Source: Pasteurella multocida (lineage in GTDB: Bacteria > Pseudomonadota > Gammaproteobacteria > Enterobacterales > Pasteurellaceae). From it: a stretch of DNA of 32,000 bases. The first letter of the stretch is position 1. The number at the start of each line of letters is the position of its first letter. Below are positions 15,302 to 28,171 of the stretch, one piece after another. The position numbers and the translations under genes are program-made. The DNA lies in assembly GCF_900187275.1 (NCBI RefSeq), contig NZ_LT906458.1, positions 1,710,001 to 1,742,000 on the forward strand, written 5' to 3'. The notes below the pieces were generated by a model. It did not search any database. It saw only the letters and a program-made list of their open reading frames with translations, and was not told the origin of the DNA.

Positions 15302-15491
15302 TACTCACCCGCCTTTTCGGTTAATACAGTTTTTACTTGTGCAATACTACGACGCACTTGTTTTAACTGATGGGTTTGTTGAAGCTGACCGGTGGCTGCT
15401 TGCATACGCAACTTGAATTGCTCACCTAACAAGTTAACCAATTCAGCATTCAGCTCTTCAACACTTTTTGTACGTAGTTCTTGAGCTTTCA

Positions 15492-15492
<1 letters not shown>
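15301..15492 (-). CDS. rpmC: 50S ribosomal protein L29
   Basis: [41 protein letters not shown]. Confidence 0.99.
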
Positions 15493-15902
<410 letters not shown>

Positions 15903-15915
15903 CTAGCGATTCTCC

Positions 15916-16623
15916 TTACTTACGACCTTTGCCGCGTGGTGCCTTTTTAGGCTTATCAGCAGGTTGTTGTTCTGGTTGCGCAATTGCAGCCATTCCACCG
16001 AGGATTTCACCTTTGAAGATCCATACTTTAATACCGATTACACCGTATGTAGTATGGGCTTCAGCAGTGTTATAGTCGATGTCCGCACGTAATGTATGTA
16101 GAGGTACACGACCTTCACGATACCATTCAGAACGTGCAATTTCTGCACCACCTAAACGACCGCTTACTTCAACTTTGATACCTTTAGCACCTAAACGCAT
16201 TGCGTTTTGTACTGCACGTTTCATAGCACGACGGAACATAACACGACGTTCTAATTGAGAAGCGATACTATCTGCAACTAATTTTGCATCTAATTCAGGT
16301 TTTTTCACTTCAGCAATGTTGATTTGAGCTGGAACGCCTGCGATAGCCGCAACTGCGTTACGTAATTTTTCAACATCTTCACCTTTCTTACCGATAACGA
16401 TACCTGGGCGAGCTGTGTGAATTGTGACACGGATGCTTTTCGCTGGACGCTCAATAGTGATACGTGAAACGGAAGCATTCGCTAATTCTTTATTCAAGAA
16501 TTTACGTACTTTGAAATCGCCGTCTAAATTATCAGCGAAATCTTGTGTATTCGCAAACCAAGTAGAGCTCCAAGGCTTAACAATACCTAGGCGAATACCA
16601 TGTGGATGTACTTTTTGACCCAT
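15916..16623 (-). CDS. rpsC: 30S ribosomal protein S3
   Basis: [40 protein letters not shown]. Confidence 0.99.
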   Translation of the reverse strand: MGQKVHPHGIRLGIVKPWSSTWFANTQDFADNLDGDFKVRKFLNKELANASVSRITIERPAKSIRVTIHTARPGIVIGKKGEDVEKLRNAVAAIAGVPAQINIAEVKKPELDAKLVADSIASQLERRVMFRRAMKRAVQNAMRLGAKGIKVEVSGRLGGAEIARSEWYREGRVPLHTLRADIDYNTAEAHTTYGVIGIKVWIFKGEILGGMAAIAQPEQQPADKPKKAPRGKGRK

Positions 16624-16640
16624 TGCTATTCCTCTACTTA

Positions 16641-16976
<336 letters not shown>

Positions 16977-16983
16977 TTACCCC

Positions 16984-17271
<288 letters not shown>

Positions 17272-17284
17272 TTATTAATTAATA

Positions 17285-18106
17285 TTATTTACCACGACGA
17301 CGTACGATGAATTTATCAGTACGTTTGTTATGGCGAGTTTTCTTACCTTTAGTTTGAACGCCCCAAGGTGTGACTGGGTGTTTACCAAAGTTACGACCTT
17401 CACCACCACCGTGTGGGTGATCTACTGGGTTCATTGCTGTACCACGAACTGTTGGGCGAATGCCTCTCCAGCGGTTAGCACCTGCTTTACCCAATACGCG
17501 AAGCATGTGTTCTGAGTTACCAACTTCACCAATGGTCGCTGTACACTCAGCTAAAACTTTACGCATTTCGCCTGAGCGAAGACGTAAAGTAACATAGTTA
17601 CCTTCACGAGCGATAATTTGTACATAAGCACCAGCTGAACGCGCGATTTGACCGCCTTTACCTGGTTTTAATTCAACGTTATGTACAGTCGAACCAACTG
17701 GAATATTACGCATTGGTAACGCATTACCAACTTTAATTGGCGCATTCGCTCCAGATTGGATTGTATCGCCTGCAGACAAACCTTTAGGTGCTAAGATATA
17801 ACGGCGTTCGCCATCTTTATAAAGCACTAAAGCAATATTTGCAGAACGGTTAGGGTCATATTCTAGACGCTCAACAACCGCTGGAATATCTAACTTGTTA
17901 CGTTTGAAATCGATTAAACGGTAATGTTGTTTATGACCACCACCAATATGGCGAGTAGTAATACGTCCGAAATTGTTACGACCACCTGTTTTAGATTTTG
18001 TATCTAAAAGTGGTGCGTAAGGTTTACCCTTGTGTAATTCAGGGTTCACGATTTTAACAACGTGACGACGACCAGCGGAGGTCGGCTTACATTTAACGAT
18101 AGCCAT
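17285..18106 (-). CDS. rplB: 50S ribosomal protein L2
   Basis: [34 protein letters not shown]. Confidence 0.99.
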   Translation of the reverse strand: MAIVKCKPTSAGRRHVVKIVNPELHKGKPYAPLLDTKSKTGGRNNFGRITTRHIGGGHKQHYRLIDFKRNKLDIPAVVERLEYDPNRSANIALVLYKDGERRYILAPKGLSAGDTIQSGANAPIKVGNALPMRNIPVGSTVHNVELKPGKGGQIARSAGAYVQIIAREGNYVTLRLRSGEMRKVLAECTATIGEVGNSEHMLRVLGKAGANRWRGIRPTVRGTAMNPVDHPHGGGEGRNFGKHPVTPWGVQTKGKKTRHNKRTDKFIVRRRGK

Positions 18107-18125
18107 TATTTTCTACTCCTCCGAA

Positions 18126-18428
18126 TTACTCTGCACCTTCAACGAAGTCAAGTGATTGACCTTCTTGAAGAGTTACATAAGCTTTTTTCCAGTCACTGCG
18201 ACGTCCCATTCTTGCACCGTGGCGTTTAGTTTTACCTTTCACCACAACGGTGCGAACAGAATCCACTTTCACTTCAAATAATTGCTCAACAGCGTTAGCA
18301 ATTTCAACTTTATTTGCATCTAAAGCCACTTTGAAAACGATTGTGTTAGACTTCTCAGCGTTATTTGTTGCTTTTTCAGAGACATGTGGTGCTTTTAACA
18401 CTTTTAGCAAACGTTCTTGTTGAATCAT
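18126..18428 (-). CDS. rplW: 50S ribosomal protein L23
   Basis: [34 protein letters not shown]. Confidence 0.99.
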   Translation of the reverse strand: MIQQERLLKVLKAPHVSEKATNNAEKSNTIVFKVALDANKVEIANAVEQLFEVKVDSVRTVVVKGKTKRHGARMGRRSDWKKAYVTLQEGQSLDFVEGAE

Positions 18429-19027
18429 GCTAACATCTCCTCAATTTGTTTCACAGCATCAACAGTGACAACAACTTTATCAAATGCGATTAGGCTGACT
18501 GGATCGATACCTTGCACATCACGTACATCTACTTTGTAAAGGTTACGTGCGGCTAAGAATAGATTTTCATCTAAGCTTGCTGTGATAATTAACACATCTT
18601 CGAGTGCTAATTCTTTTAATTTTTGTACTAAAACTTTCGTTTTTGGCGCTTCAACTTCGAACTTCTCAACCACGATTAAACGGTCTTGACGAACAAGTTC
18701 AGAAAGAATGCTTTTGATTGCACCACGGTACATTTTCTTGTTCACTTTTTGGCTGTGATCTTGTGGTTTCGCTGCGAAAGTGACACCACCTGAACGCCAG
18801 ATTGGTGATTTGATATCACCTGAACGAGCACGACCAGTACCTTTTTGACGCCAAGGTTTTTTACCTGAACCAGACACTTCAGCACGAGTTTTTTGCGCAC
18901 GAGAACCTTGACGGGCACCTGCTGCATAAGCAACAACAACTTGGTGAATCAATGCTTCGTTGAACTCACGTCCGAAGGTAGTTTCAGAAACAGTTAGTGC
19001 GTTTGCACCTACAACTTGTAATTCCAT
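18425..19027 (-). CDS. rplD: 50S ribosomal protein L4
   Basis: [70 protein letters not shown]; 4 bp overlap with rplW. Confidence 0.99.
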   Translation of the reverse strand: MELQVVGANALTVSETTFGREFNEALIHQVVVAYAAGARQGSRAQKTRAEVSGSGKKPWRQKGTGRARSGDIKSPIWRSGGVTFAAKPQDHSQKVNKKMYRGAIKSILSELVRQDRLIVVEKFEVEAPKTKVLVQKLKELALEDVLIITASLDENLFLAARNLYKVDVRDVQGIDPVSLIAFDKVVVTVDAVKQIEEMLA

Positions 19028-19041
19028 CTCTATCTCCTGAC

Positions 19042-19671
19042 TTATGCTTTAACTGCTGGTTTAACGATAACATCACCATTAGTTGCGCCTGGAACAGCAC
19101 CTTTCACTAATAGTAATTTACGCTCAGCATCAACACGAACAACTTCAAGTGATTGAACGGTTACACGCTCATTACCTAAGTGTCCTGCCATTTTTTTACC
19201 TTTAAACACACGACCTGGTGTTTGGTTTTGACCAATCGAACCAAGTACACGATGTGATAAAGAGTTACCGTGAGTAGCATCTTGAGTACGGAAGTTCCAG
19301 CGTTTAACACCGCCAGCAAAACCTTTACCTTTAGATGTACCAGTAACATCAACTTTTTTAACATCAGCGAAGATGTCAACATTAATTTCTTGACCTAAAG
19401 TGAATTCTTCACCTTCAGTAGTACGAAATTCCCATAAACCGCGACCAGCTTCAACACCTGCTTTCACGAAATGACCCGCTTCTGGCTTAGTTACACGACT
19501 TGCTTTTTTAGAGCCAGTAGTAACTTGAATTGCAGAATAGCCATCTGTTTCTACAGTTTTAACTTGAGTAACACGGTTGGCTTCGATTTCGATAACGGTA
19601 ACTGGAATTGAAACGCCATCTTCATTGAAGATACGAGTCATACCAACTTTGCGACCGACTAAACCAATCAT
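19042..19671 (-). CDS. rplC: 50S ribosomal protein L3
   Basis: [30 protein letters not shown]. Confidence 0.99.
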   Translation of the reverse strand: MIGLVGRKVGMTRIFNEDGVSIPVTVIEIEANRVTQVKTVETDGYSAIQVTTGSKKASRVTKPEAGHFVKAGVEAGRGLWEFRTTEGEEFTLGQEINVDIFADVKKVDVTGTSKGKGFAGGVKRWNFRTQDATHGNSLSHRVLGSIGQNQTPGRVFKGKKMAGHLGNERVTVQSLEVVRVDAERKLLLVKGAVPGATNGDVIVKPAVKA

Positions 19672-19687
19672 TGTAATAACCTCTTAA

Positions 19688-20125
<438 letters not shown>

Positions 20126-20333
20126 TTACCTATTGTAATACTCGTTTAATAAATGATTACATTAAACGGCTCTCTGTGAGAAAGCTTGCGAATTTTACTG
20201 AAAAGCACCGCACTTTGCAAGTCTTTTTTGATCACTAAATCAAAGAAATCCGCTTGATTGTCTGCTGAATATTTAGCTAAACGGGATTTTACGTTATAAT
20301 TTGCCACTCTCTTCCTGACTCAATCAAGCATCT

Positions 20334-21704
20334 ATGTTTTTTCCAACGCAATTGAATAGCAAAGTGCGGTATGTTTTACATAAAAAATTACGCCAAACAC
20401 ACCGTATTTCTCGTAAAAGTTTAGAATTTAGCGCACTCCTGATTGGTGCAGCGCTCGTCGCCCTTTTTTCTCTTGGTTTTGCCAAATTGGCAGATCTCGG
20501 TCTCGAGTGGAATGCGCACTGGAGTGCACAATATCCCCTTGCTGTTTGGCTTGTGTTACCGGGCGGCTTAGCTTTACTGGCGTGGTTTACCGCAAAATAC
20601 ACCCCTTATGTGGCAGGCAGTGGCATTCCACAAGTTATCGCGGCGATAAGTTTACCACATGGGAATAATAAGAGTCGTCTGGTCGCCTTTTGGCAGACTC
20701 TGTGGAAAATTCCGCTCACGTTTCTTGCCATGCTGATTGGGGCATCCGTAGGGCGTGAAGGTCCTTCCGTGCAAGTTGGTGCCGCCGTGATGCTCGCTTG
20801 GGGTAATCTTTGTCGCAAAAAAGGCATTGCCTTTAACGGACTCAGCGCTAATGAACTAATGGCGACCGGTGCCGCTGGCGGACTAGCTGCGGCATTCAAT
20901 GCGCCTTTGGCTGGCGTGATCTTTGCCATCGAAGAACTTGGTCGTGGCGTGCTATTACGCTGGGAACGACGTGTCTTATTGGGTGTGTTAGCCGCCGGCT
21001 TTATTTTAGTGGCGATTGAAGGTAACAACCCTTACTTTCCACAATACCATGGTGAAACCTCTGTACCTTATCTGTTTTTATGGGTCAGTTTATGTGGCGT
21101 TGTATGTGGCTTCTTTGGCGGGATCTTTGCGCGTTTATTAGTCAAAGGATTAGCGGGGCTTTCTCCGTCCAAAATACGCGGTTGGATTCGCCGTCATCCG
21201 ATTTATGTGGCATTCATTTTAGGGCTGTTCCTCGCGGCCTTAGGGACTTATACCCAAGGCAAAACCTATGGTACCGGTTATTATGTGGTGGCAGACGCGT
21301 TAGATGGACAACCTTTAAGCAGTGAATTTGGTTTATTAAAACTTCTCTCCACTGTCGCTACTTATTGGACGGGCATCGCTGGCGGTATCTTTACACCAGC
21401 ATTAACTACCGGCGCTGGGATTGGTGCACAAATTTAGGCAATGACTGGCGGTATCGTTGATCAACGCTTACTGGTTTTACTCTGCATGGCGGGCTTTTTA
21501 GCCGGAGCGACCCAATCGCCTGTGACAGCAAGCGTAGTCGTGATGGAGATGACGGGCTGTCAGCCTGTCTTATTTTGGTTATTGATTTGTTGCTTGGTTT
21601 CGTCCATTATTTCACGCCAATTTCACCCAAAACCCTTTTATCATTTTGCGGCTGGACGTTTTCGCCAACGCATTCAAGAAGACACAAGAGAACAAGAAAA
21701 ATGA
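20334..21704 (+). pseudogene. ClC-family chloride channel/transporter gene interrupted by one in-frame TAG at 21435-21437
   Basis: ORF 20334-21437 (GSGIPQ, GREGPS, GGIFTPALTTGAGIGAQI*) and ORF 21441-21704 ([41 protein letters not shown]) are in the same frame, separated by TAG GCA only. Confidence 0.85.
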
Positions 21705-22684
21705 TCCAAAACCAACCGCACTTTTACCGTGGGCGCTTTTCCGTTGCCCCAATGCTCGATTGGACCACTCGCCATTGTCGCTATTTCCATCGTCAATTTA
21801 GCCAACACGCCTTACTCTATACGGAAATGGTGACAACAGGAGCGATTATTCATGCCAAATATGATCACCTTGAATTTTCGCCAGCAGAAAACCCCGTAGC
21901 ATTACAATTAGGCGGAAGCGATCCTGCCCAACTCGCCCAATGTGCAAAAATCGCACAACAGCGAGGCTATACAGAAATCAATCTCAATGTTGGTTGCCCT
22001 TCTGATCGGGTGCAAAATGGCATGTTCGGTGCCTGTTTAATGGCAAAAGCCGATTTAGTGGCAGACTGTGTCAATGCGATGCAAACGGAAGTCAGCATTC
22101 CCGTCACGGTAAAAACTCGCATTGGTATTGATGATCTCGACAGCTATGAATTCCTGTGTGAGTTTGTGCAGAAAGTACATGAAGCTGGTTGCCAAGAATT
22201 TATCATTCACGCCCGCAAAGCGTGGCTTTCTGGCTTAAGCCCGAAAGAAAACCGCGAAATTCCCCCCTTAGATTATGAACGCGTGTATCAACTCAAACGG
22301 GATTTTGCGCATTTACACATGAGCATTAATGGTGGCATTAAAACCCTTGAAGAGATGCAACAACATTTGCAGTATATGGACGGCGTCATGGTGGGGCGTG
22401 AAGCCTATCAAAATCCGAGCTTATTGGGCTATATTGATCAAGCCTTATTTGATCCAACCTGTCCTGTGGTTACTCCAAGAGAAGCCGTAGAAAAAATGTT
22501 TCCTTATATTGAACAACAACTGAGCCAAGGCGTGTATTTAAATCATGTGGTTCGCCATATGCTTGGTGCATTCCAAAGCTGTAAAGGGGCACGCCAATGG
22601 CGCCGTTATTTAAGTGAAAATGCGCACAAAACCGGAGCTGGCTTGGAAGTGGTCGAAAAAGCGTTAAGTTTTGTGGCAAGTTAA
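21701..22684 (+). CDS. dusA: tRNA-dihydrouridine(20/20a) synthase DusA; start trimmed to [21 protein letters not shown]
   Basis: DUS motifs [64 protein letters not shown]; ATG overlaps the ClC stop (ATGA). Confidence 0.95.
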   Translation: MIQNQPHFYRGRFSVAPMLDWTTRHCRYFHRQFSQHALLYTEMVTTGAIIHAKYDHLEFSPAENPVALQLGGSDPAQLAQCAKIAQQRGYTEINLNVGCPSDRVQNGMFGACLMAKADLVADCVNAMQTEVSIPVTVKTRIGIDDLDSYEFLCEFVQKVHEAGCQEFIIHARKAWLSGLSPKENREIPPLDYERVYQLKRDFAHLHMSINGGIKTLEEMQQHLQYMDGVMVGREAYQNPSLLGYIDQALFDPTCPVVTPREAVEKMFPYIEQQLSQGVYLNHVVRHMLGAFQSCKGARQWRRYLSENAHKTGAGLEVVEKALSFVAS

Positions 22685-22711
22685 CACTAAAAAACAAGCA
22701 CAAAATAGACA

Positions 22712-22756
22712 AAAGTGCGGTCATTTTTTGAAATGTTTTGAAAATACACCGCACTT
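22712..22756. terminator. Inverted uptake sequence pair between dusA and the tna permease; possible bidirectional terminator
   Basis: AAGTGCGGT (22712-22720) and ACCGCACTT (22748-22756) flanked by T-rich and A-rich tracts. Confidence 0.55.
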
Positions 22757-22804
22757 TATCAACAAAAAGGGGCGTTACTCGCCCCTTTTAGTATCTTTAT
22801 CAAA

Positions 22805-24031
22805 TTACCCTTTAAATACAGGTAACATGCCAAACATGGCAAGGAAGTGGAATAATGCAGTCACAATACCAAATACCATGACCACAACAATCGTAACATT
22901 GCCACCACCGACCATAAAGCCCGTTTGTCCATTTGGTAAGCTACGTGATTTTCTTGCTAATAAGGCAGGGATAATACAAGTCCAAATAGTGGCTACCGCG
23001 CCAGCATAACCAATCGCTTTTAAGAAACCGAGTGGGTAGGCGACAGAAAGAATTAGTGGTGGTAAGAAGGTTACCGCCCAAGACTTCGCACGTCCTTCTT
23101 TGCTGTTATCAAATTTAAAGAAATCTGCTAAGAAATCAAACACCCCTAATCCCACACCAATAAATGAAGATAAAATCGCCGCAATTGAAAACGCATTAAT
23201 CGCTTGTTTGACTGAAGCAGACTCAATCACATTACCCAAAGCGCCAAGTAATACATCTAAATTTCCGTCACTGGCTAACACTGGTGCGAATTGATCGCGT
23301 GGTAAATTCCCAAAAATCGATACCACCCATAATAGATAAAGAGTTAACGCGATACCGGTACCGCCAAGGATCGCATATTTCGCTTTACGCTCATCACCAT
23401 AGTAAGCTCGCATTGTTGCAACCGAATGATGATAGCCAAAGGAAGTTAATGCTACGGGTAATAATCCCATTGCATACATCGCATAATGTGATTCTGTACC
23501 TTTCGTATCAAATAAAGTGCTTAAATCAATATTTACGGTTAAACCAAAGACACTAAAAAGGAATGAAAGCGCCATAAAGATGATCAGTAAAACGGAAACA
23601 CGGTCAACAATACGCGTTGAATGCCAAACAAAGAAGGAAAAAACAAAGACAAAAATCACTGACCAAATCCGTGAATCTAAGGCAAAATACGGTGCCGCAA
23701 GTCCGCTTAAGATACCCCCAGACGCGGTAGTATAAGCATACAATAAAATCCCCCCGACAAAATAAACTGCAAGATTATTGATCGTATTGACGGAATTCCC
23801 GAGCATGCTTTTGGTCACGGTATTAAACGAAGCACGCAGATCATAATGCTTGTAAGCTTCTAATAATAACCAACCTGAAATTGTCATGGTAAACATCGTA
23901 AAACAGATCGTCAAAATAGACCAAATTGTCCAAGCACCGGCACCCGAGCTTGGTAACCCTAACATACCCGCGCCGACACACACACTGGCAATAATACAGG
24001 CACCACCGAAAATTGAAGGCGTCTTTTTCAT
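22805..24031 (-). CDS. Aromatic amino acid permease (HAAP family), probable TnaB/TyrP-like tryptophan transporter
   Basis: MKKTPSIFGGACIIASVCVGAGMLGLPSSGAGAWTIWSI; directly downstream of tnaA. Confidence 0.88.
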   Translation of the reverse strand: MKKTPSIFGGACIIASVCVGAGMLGLPSSGAGAWTIWSILTICFTMFTMTISGWLLLEAYKHYDLRASFNTVTKSMLGNSVNTINNLAVYFVGGILLYAYTTASGGILSGLAAPYFALDSRIWSVIFVFVFSFFVWHSTRIVDRVSVLLIIFMALSFLFSVFGLTVNIDLSTLFDTKGTESHYAMYAMGLLPVALTSFGYHHSVATMRAYYGDERKAKYAILGGTGIALTLYLLWVVSIFGNLPRDQFAPVLASDGNLDVLLGALGNVIESASVKQAINAFSIAAILSSFIGVGLGVFDFLADFFKFDNSKEGRAKSWAVTFLPPLILSVAYPLGFLKAIGYAGAVATIWTCIIPALLARKSRSLPNGQTGFMVGGGNVTIVVVMVFGIVTALFHFLAMFGMLPVFKG

Positions 24032-24103
24032 AATGCATTTCCTTTCAAAATAAAATCAATAAAAAATGCAGTTCCTGATCGCTCAGAAACTGCATTAAGC
24101 TTG

Positions 24104-25519
24104 TTATACTTCTTTTAAGCGTGCCGTGAAGTGACGTAAAACTTTTGGCTCATAAGTAAAGGTTAACCCTTTAATATTTTCTGCATTTTCTTTGACTTGC
24201 TTAAATGCTTCAATAATGAAGTCCATGTGCGTTTGAGTATAAGTTGCACGAGGAATCGTTAAACGTAATAACTCCGCAGGACAAGGCAATTGTTTACCGG
24301 TTTTTGGATCACGACCTAATAAGAACGAACCGATTTCTACTGCACGAATTCCCGCCACCTTATAAAGTTCACAAGCAAGGGCTTGCGCAGGGAATTGATC
24401 GGCTGGAATATGTGGCAACAATTTTCCTGCGTCAACGAATGCCGCGTGACCACCAGGTTGTTGACATACGACGCCAATCGCTTCTAAACCATTCACCAAA
24501 TACTCAATTTGATTAATACGATACGCTAACCAATCTTGACGCATACCATCACGTAGCCCCACCGCTAAACGCTCCATTGCGCCCCCTTCTAAACCGCCAT
24601 AGGTCGGGAAGCCTTCTTGTACGACACAAAGTGTACGACACTCGTTATACACATCTTCCATGGATTTATCTTTAAAGCAGAGTAAGCCACCCATTGGCAC
24701 CATCGCATCTTTTTTCGCAGACATCGCTAAAGCATCAGCATATTTATAGCTTTCATAAGTGATTTGTTCGATCGTCCACTCTTTATAGCCAGGTTCACGT
24801 TGTTGGATGAAATAGGCATTTTCTGCAAAACGGGCGGAATCCATGACGACTGGAATATCATATTTTTTCGCAATCTCATACATTGCTCGCATATTGGCTA
24901 ATGATACAGGCTGACCACCCGCAGAGTTACACGTAATGGTACAAACAATATATGGGACGTTTTCAGCACCGACTTCTTGAATCCCTTGTTCTAATTTTTC
25001 AAGATCAAAATCCCCTTTGAAATCGGCGTTAACACTGGTATCAAACGCTTCTTTTGTATAAACGTTACGCACTGTCGCACCATTAATTTGGCTATGACCT
25101 TGTGTGGTATCGAAGAAATAGTTAGAGAACACCACCATTTTGCTACGATCTAAGCCTTTTTCTTGCTCGCGCTTTTTAATTAATACGGGAATATAAATTT
25201 GTTCTGCACCACGACCTTGGTGAGTTGGAATTGTATATTCATAACCAAAAATCTCTTTCACCGCATTCGCTAGCGCATGATAGCTACGACTACCACTGTA
25301 TGCTTCATCGCCACGTAACATCGCCGCTTGCATTTCCTGTGTTACTGCACCTGTTCCACTGTCAGTTAAGAGATCGATAAACACATCTTCACTGTCTAGT
25401 AAGAATGGGTTCATTCCCGCCTTTAAAATGGCTTCTTCACGGTACGAACGCGTGGTTCTTCTCACTGGCTCAATCACACGAATACGAAACGGCTCTGGTA
25501 AATGTTTGAAGTTTTCCAT
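24104..25519 (-). CDS. tnaA: Tryptophanase
   Basis: 471 aa, [60 protein letters not shown]. Confidence 0.99.
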   Translation of the reverse strand: MENFKHLPEPFRIRVIEPVRRTTRSYREEAILKAGMNPFLLDSEDVFIDLLTDSGTGAVTQEMQAAMLRGDEAYSGSRSYHALANAVKEIFGYEYTIPTHQGRGAEQIYIPVLIKKREQEKGLDRSKMVVFSNYFFDTTQGHSQINGATVRNVYTKEAFDTSVNADFKGDFDLEKLEQGIQEVGAENVPYIVCTITCNSAGGQPVSLANMRAMYEIAKKYDIPVVMDSARFAENAYFIQQREPGYKEWTIEQITYESYKYADALAMSAKKDAMVPMGGLLCFKDKSMEDVYNECRTLCVVQEGFPTYGGLEGGAMERLAVGLRDGMRQDWLAYRINQIEYLVNGLEAIGVVCQQPGGHAAFVDAGKLLPHIPADQFPAQALACELYKVAGIRAVEIGSFLLGRDPKTGKQLPCPAELLRLTIPRATYTQTHMDFIIEAFKQVKENAENIKGLTFTYEPKVLRHFTARLKEV

Positions 25520-25613
25520 AATAAAATCCTTAAAAGTAAGCTAAAAGAAGAGGAAGAAATAAATCGGGATTTATTCCAAATAAAAAAATATCTTGAGTTT
25601 GAAACGTAAAGGA

Positions 25614-25694
25614 TTAGCGTATTATGGGAAAAAAGAATGACAGTTTTGGATCAACAATAATCCAAACTTGATTAGGAGATAAAATCGACATCAT
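25614..25694 (-). CDS. tnaC: TnaC-like tryptophanase operon leader peptide
   Basis: MMSILSPNQVWIIVDPKLSFFFPIIR (26 aa), ribosome-binding sequence AAGGAT upstream; W11-D15-P23 has the same spacing as E. coli TnaC W12-D16-P24. Confidence 0.9.
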   Translation of the reverse strand: MMSILSPNQVWIIVDPKLSFFFPIIR

Positions 25695-25759
25695 AGAATT
25701 ATCCTTTTTAAAGTAAGAAGAGATAATAACTTATGCTTGAGAATTGCTCTCGAACATAA

Positions 25760-25788
25760 AGTAACCATCTGTACAGAATTTGTCACCT
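25760..25788 (-). promoter_or_regulatory. Candidate tna promoter
   Basis: Minus strand GTGACA - 17 nt - TACTTT, located between the CRP-like site and tnaC. Confidence 0.45.
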
Positions 25789-25803
25789 CGAAAATGCCAG
25801 AGT

Positions 25804-25819
25804 TGTGAGTGGAATCACA
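25804..25819 (-). promoter_or_regulatory. CRP-like binding site upstream of tnaC
   Basis: Perfect TGTGA-GTGGAA-TCACA half-sites with 6 nt spacer. Confidence 0.75.
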
Positions 25820-26093
25820 AAAATAAGCGCCAAAGAAAGAAAAATTTCACTCTAATATTAAAATAGTATATAAAGAGAAAATGCTTTTTATTTCAAAATG
25901 ATATAAATAATCAGGTGAGTTATACTTAAACGTTATACCGATTTACTTTTAGGCAAATGAAGTAGAAATTTTGACCTAGACCAAGAAAACGTTGATTAAA
26001 TCGACCGCACTTCTTTTTTGTGACTCATATCAAATTTTTTATAGCCGAAAAGAAGTAATATCCCACATTATTATGCAAAAAAAGGAGCTAAAA

Positions 26094-26345
26094 ATGACAA
26101 ATGCAGAACTTCTGCAGGAAGGCATCAACTTAATGTTTGCTGGCGTTGGATTTGTGATGCTATTTTTGTTTATTCTTATCTACGCTATCGAATTTATGTC
26201 TAAGCTGGTAAATACTTACTTTCCAGAACCAGTCAAAGCACCTTCTACCAAACCGATTCAAACTGAAAATCATGACTTAGAACGTTTACGTCCCGTTATC
26301 GTTGCCGCGATTGCACATCATCGCCGCCAACAAGGGCTAAAATAA
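26094..26345 (+). CDS. oadG: Oxaloacetate decarboxylase gamma subunit; start trimmed to MTNAELL
   Basis: 83 aa, [39 protein letters not shown]; AAGGAG upstream; first gene of oadGAB. Confidence 0.93.
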   Translation: MTNAELLQEGINLMFAGVGFVMLFLFILIYAIEFMSKLVNTYFPEPVKAPSTKPIQTENHDLERLRPVIVAAIAHHRRQQGLK

Positions 26346-26364
26346 CTCACAAAGGAAATTAGAA

Positions 26365-28161
26365 ATGACTACTCAAAACAAAAAAATTGCCATTACTGAT
26401 GTTGTGTTACGTGACGCTCATCAATCTCTCTTTGCCACGCGTATGCGCCTTGATGACATGTTGCCTATTGCACATGAGTTAGATCAAATTGGCTATTGGT
26501 CGCTTGAAGCCTGGGGGGGCGCGACTTTTGATGCGTGTATTCGTTTTTTAGGGGAAGATCCTTGGGTACGTTTACGTGAATTAAAACAAGCCATGCCAAA
26601 TACGCCGTTACAAATGCTGTTGCGCGGTCAAAACCTATTAGGTTATCGTCATTATGCGGATGACGTCGTGGATCGCTTTGTAGAACGCTCCGTGAAAAAT
26701 GGGATGTCCGTTTTCCGTGTCTTCGATGCCATGAACGACCCGCGTAATATGAAACAAGCCTTGCAAGCCGTAAAACGTAACGGTGGACATGCCCAAGGGA
26801 CATTAAGTTATACCACTAGCCCAGTACATAACTTAGAAACCTGGTTGGAGATTACTGAGCAATTATTAGAAATCGGTGTCGATTCCGTGGTGATTAAAGA
26901 TATGTCCGGGATTCTAACCCCAGTAGAAGCTTACAAATTAGTCAGTGAAATTAAAAAACGCTACGATGTTCAACTCCATTTACATTGCCACGCCACGACG
27001 GGAATGGCAGAAATGGCGTTATTAAAAGCTGTAGAAGCGGGTATTGATGGCATTGACACCTCAATTTCCTCTATGAGTGGCACTTATGGTCACCCGTCAA
27101 CTGAAGCCTTAGTCGCGACTTTACAAGGTACACAATATGACACCGGCTTAGATATCCATAAATTAGAACATATTGCTGCCTACTTCCGCGAAGTACGTAA
27201 AAAATACGCTAAATTTGAAGGTCAATTACGTGGTTCAGATAGCCGTATCTTAGTTGCACAAGTACCAGGTGGGATGTTGACGAACCTTGAAAGCCAGCTC
27301 AAACAACAAAATGCGTCGGATAAATTAGATGAGGTATTGAAAGAAATTCCACGTGTGCGTGAAGATTTAGGCTTTATTCCATTAGTTACGCCTACCTCAC
27401 AAATTGTCGGTACACAGGCCGTGATTAACGTGTTAATGGGTGAGCGTTATAAAACCATTGCTAAAGAAACAGCGGGTATTTTGAAAGGTGAGTACGGTCG
27501 TACACCTGCCCCGGTCAATGCTGAATTACAAGCCAAAGTGTTAGACGGTGGGCAACCTATCACTGATCGTCCAGCCGATCATATTGCACCAGAAATGGAA
27601 AAATTAGCCACAGAAATCAAACAACAAGCCAAAGAAAAAGGCATTAAACTGGCTGAAAATGAAATTGATGATGTATTGATTGTGGCGTTATTCCCACAAA
27701 TCGGTTGGAAATTCTTGGAAAATCGTGGCAACCCAGATGCCTTTGAACCTGCACCAACCTTAGAAACCGCAAAACCGGCAGAAAAACCAGCTGCACCTGT
27801 GGCGAAAACACCAGTTTCAGGACCTGCCGTTTACACCGTGGAATTAGAAGGCAAATCCTTTGTAGTGAAAGTCACAGACGGGGGAGAAGTCGGTGAGATT
27901 GCCCCTGCAGCACAAACAGCGCCACAACCTGCCCCGGCATCTACGAGTGGAACACCTGTCAGCGCCCCAATGTCTGGCAATATCTGGAAAGTGGTAGCAA
28001 AAGAAGGGCAAAAAGTGGCAGAAGGGGATGTGTTACTCATTTTAGAAGCCATGAAAATGGAAACTGAAATTCGTGCAAGCCAAGCAGGTACCGTACAAAG
28101 TATTCATGTAAAAGCCGGCGATACTGTTGCCGTTGGCGATACCTTAATGACATTAAGCTAA
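26365..28161 (+). CDS. oadA: Oxaloacetate decarboxylase alpha subunit (carboxyltransferase plus biotinyl domain)
   Basis: [27 protein letters not shown] and C-terminal biotin motif EAMKMETEI. Confidence 0.98.
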   Translation: MTTQNKKIAITDVVLRDAHQSLFATRMRLDDMLPIAHELDQIGYWSLEAWGGATFDACIRFLGEDPWVRLRELKQAMPNTPLQMLLRGQNLLGYRHYADDVVDRFVERSVKNGMSVFRVFDAMNDPRNMKQALQAVKRNGGHAQGTLSYTTSPVHNLETWLEITEQLLEIGVDSVVIKDMSGILTPVEAYKLVSEIKKRYDVQLHLHCHATTGMAEMALLKAVEAGIDGIDTSISSMSGTYGHPSTEALVATLQGTQYDTGLDIHKLEHIAAYFREVRKKYAKFEGQLRGSDSRILVAQVPGGMLTNLESQLKQQNASDKLDEVLKEIPRVREDLGFIPLVTPTSQIVGTQAVINVLMGERYKTIAKETAGILKGEYGRTPAPVNAELQAKVLDGGQPITDRPADHIAPEMEKLATEIKQQAKEKGIKLAENEIDDVLIVALFPQIGWKFLENRGNPDAFEPAPTLETAKPAEKPAAPVAKTPVSGPAVYTVELEGKSFVVKVTDGGEVGEIAPAAQTAPQPAPASTSGTPVSAPMSGNIWKVVAKEGQKVAEGDVLLILEAMKMETEIRASQAGTVQSIHVKAGDTVAVGDTLMTLS

Positions 28162-28171
28162 CGAGGTCAAT

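Noticed and set aside
18742-19382. Leu/Val/Lys-rich plus-strand ORFs antisense to rplD and rplC
   Set aside because: Composition mirrors the opposite strand; no independent evidence for coding.
20606-21028. Minus-strand ORF of 140 aa opposite the ClC gene
   Set aside because: Pro/Ala-rich shadow ORF; ClC on the plus strand has clear conserved motifs.
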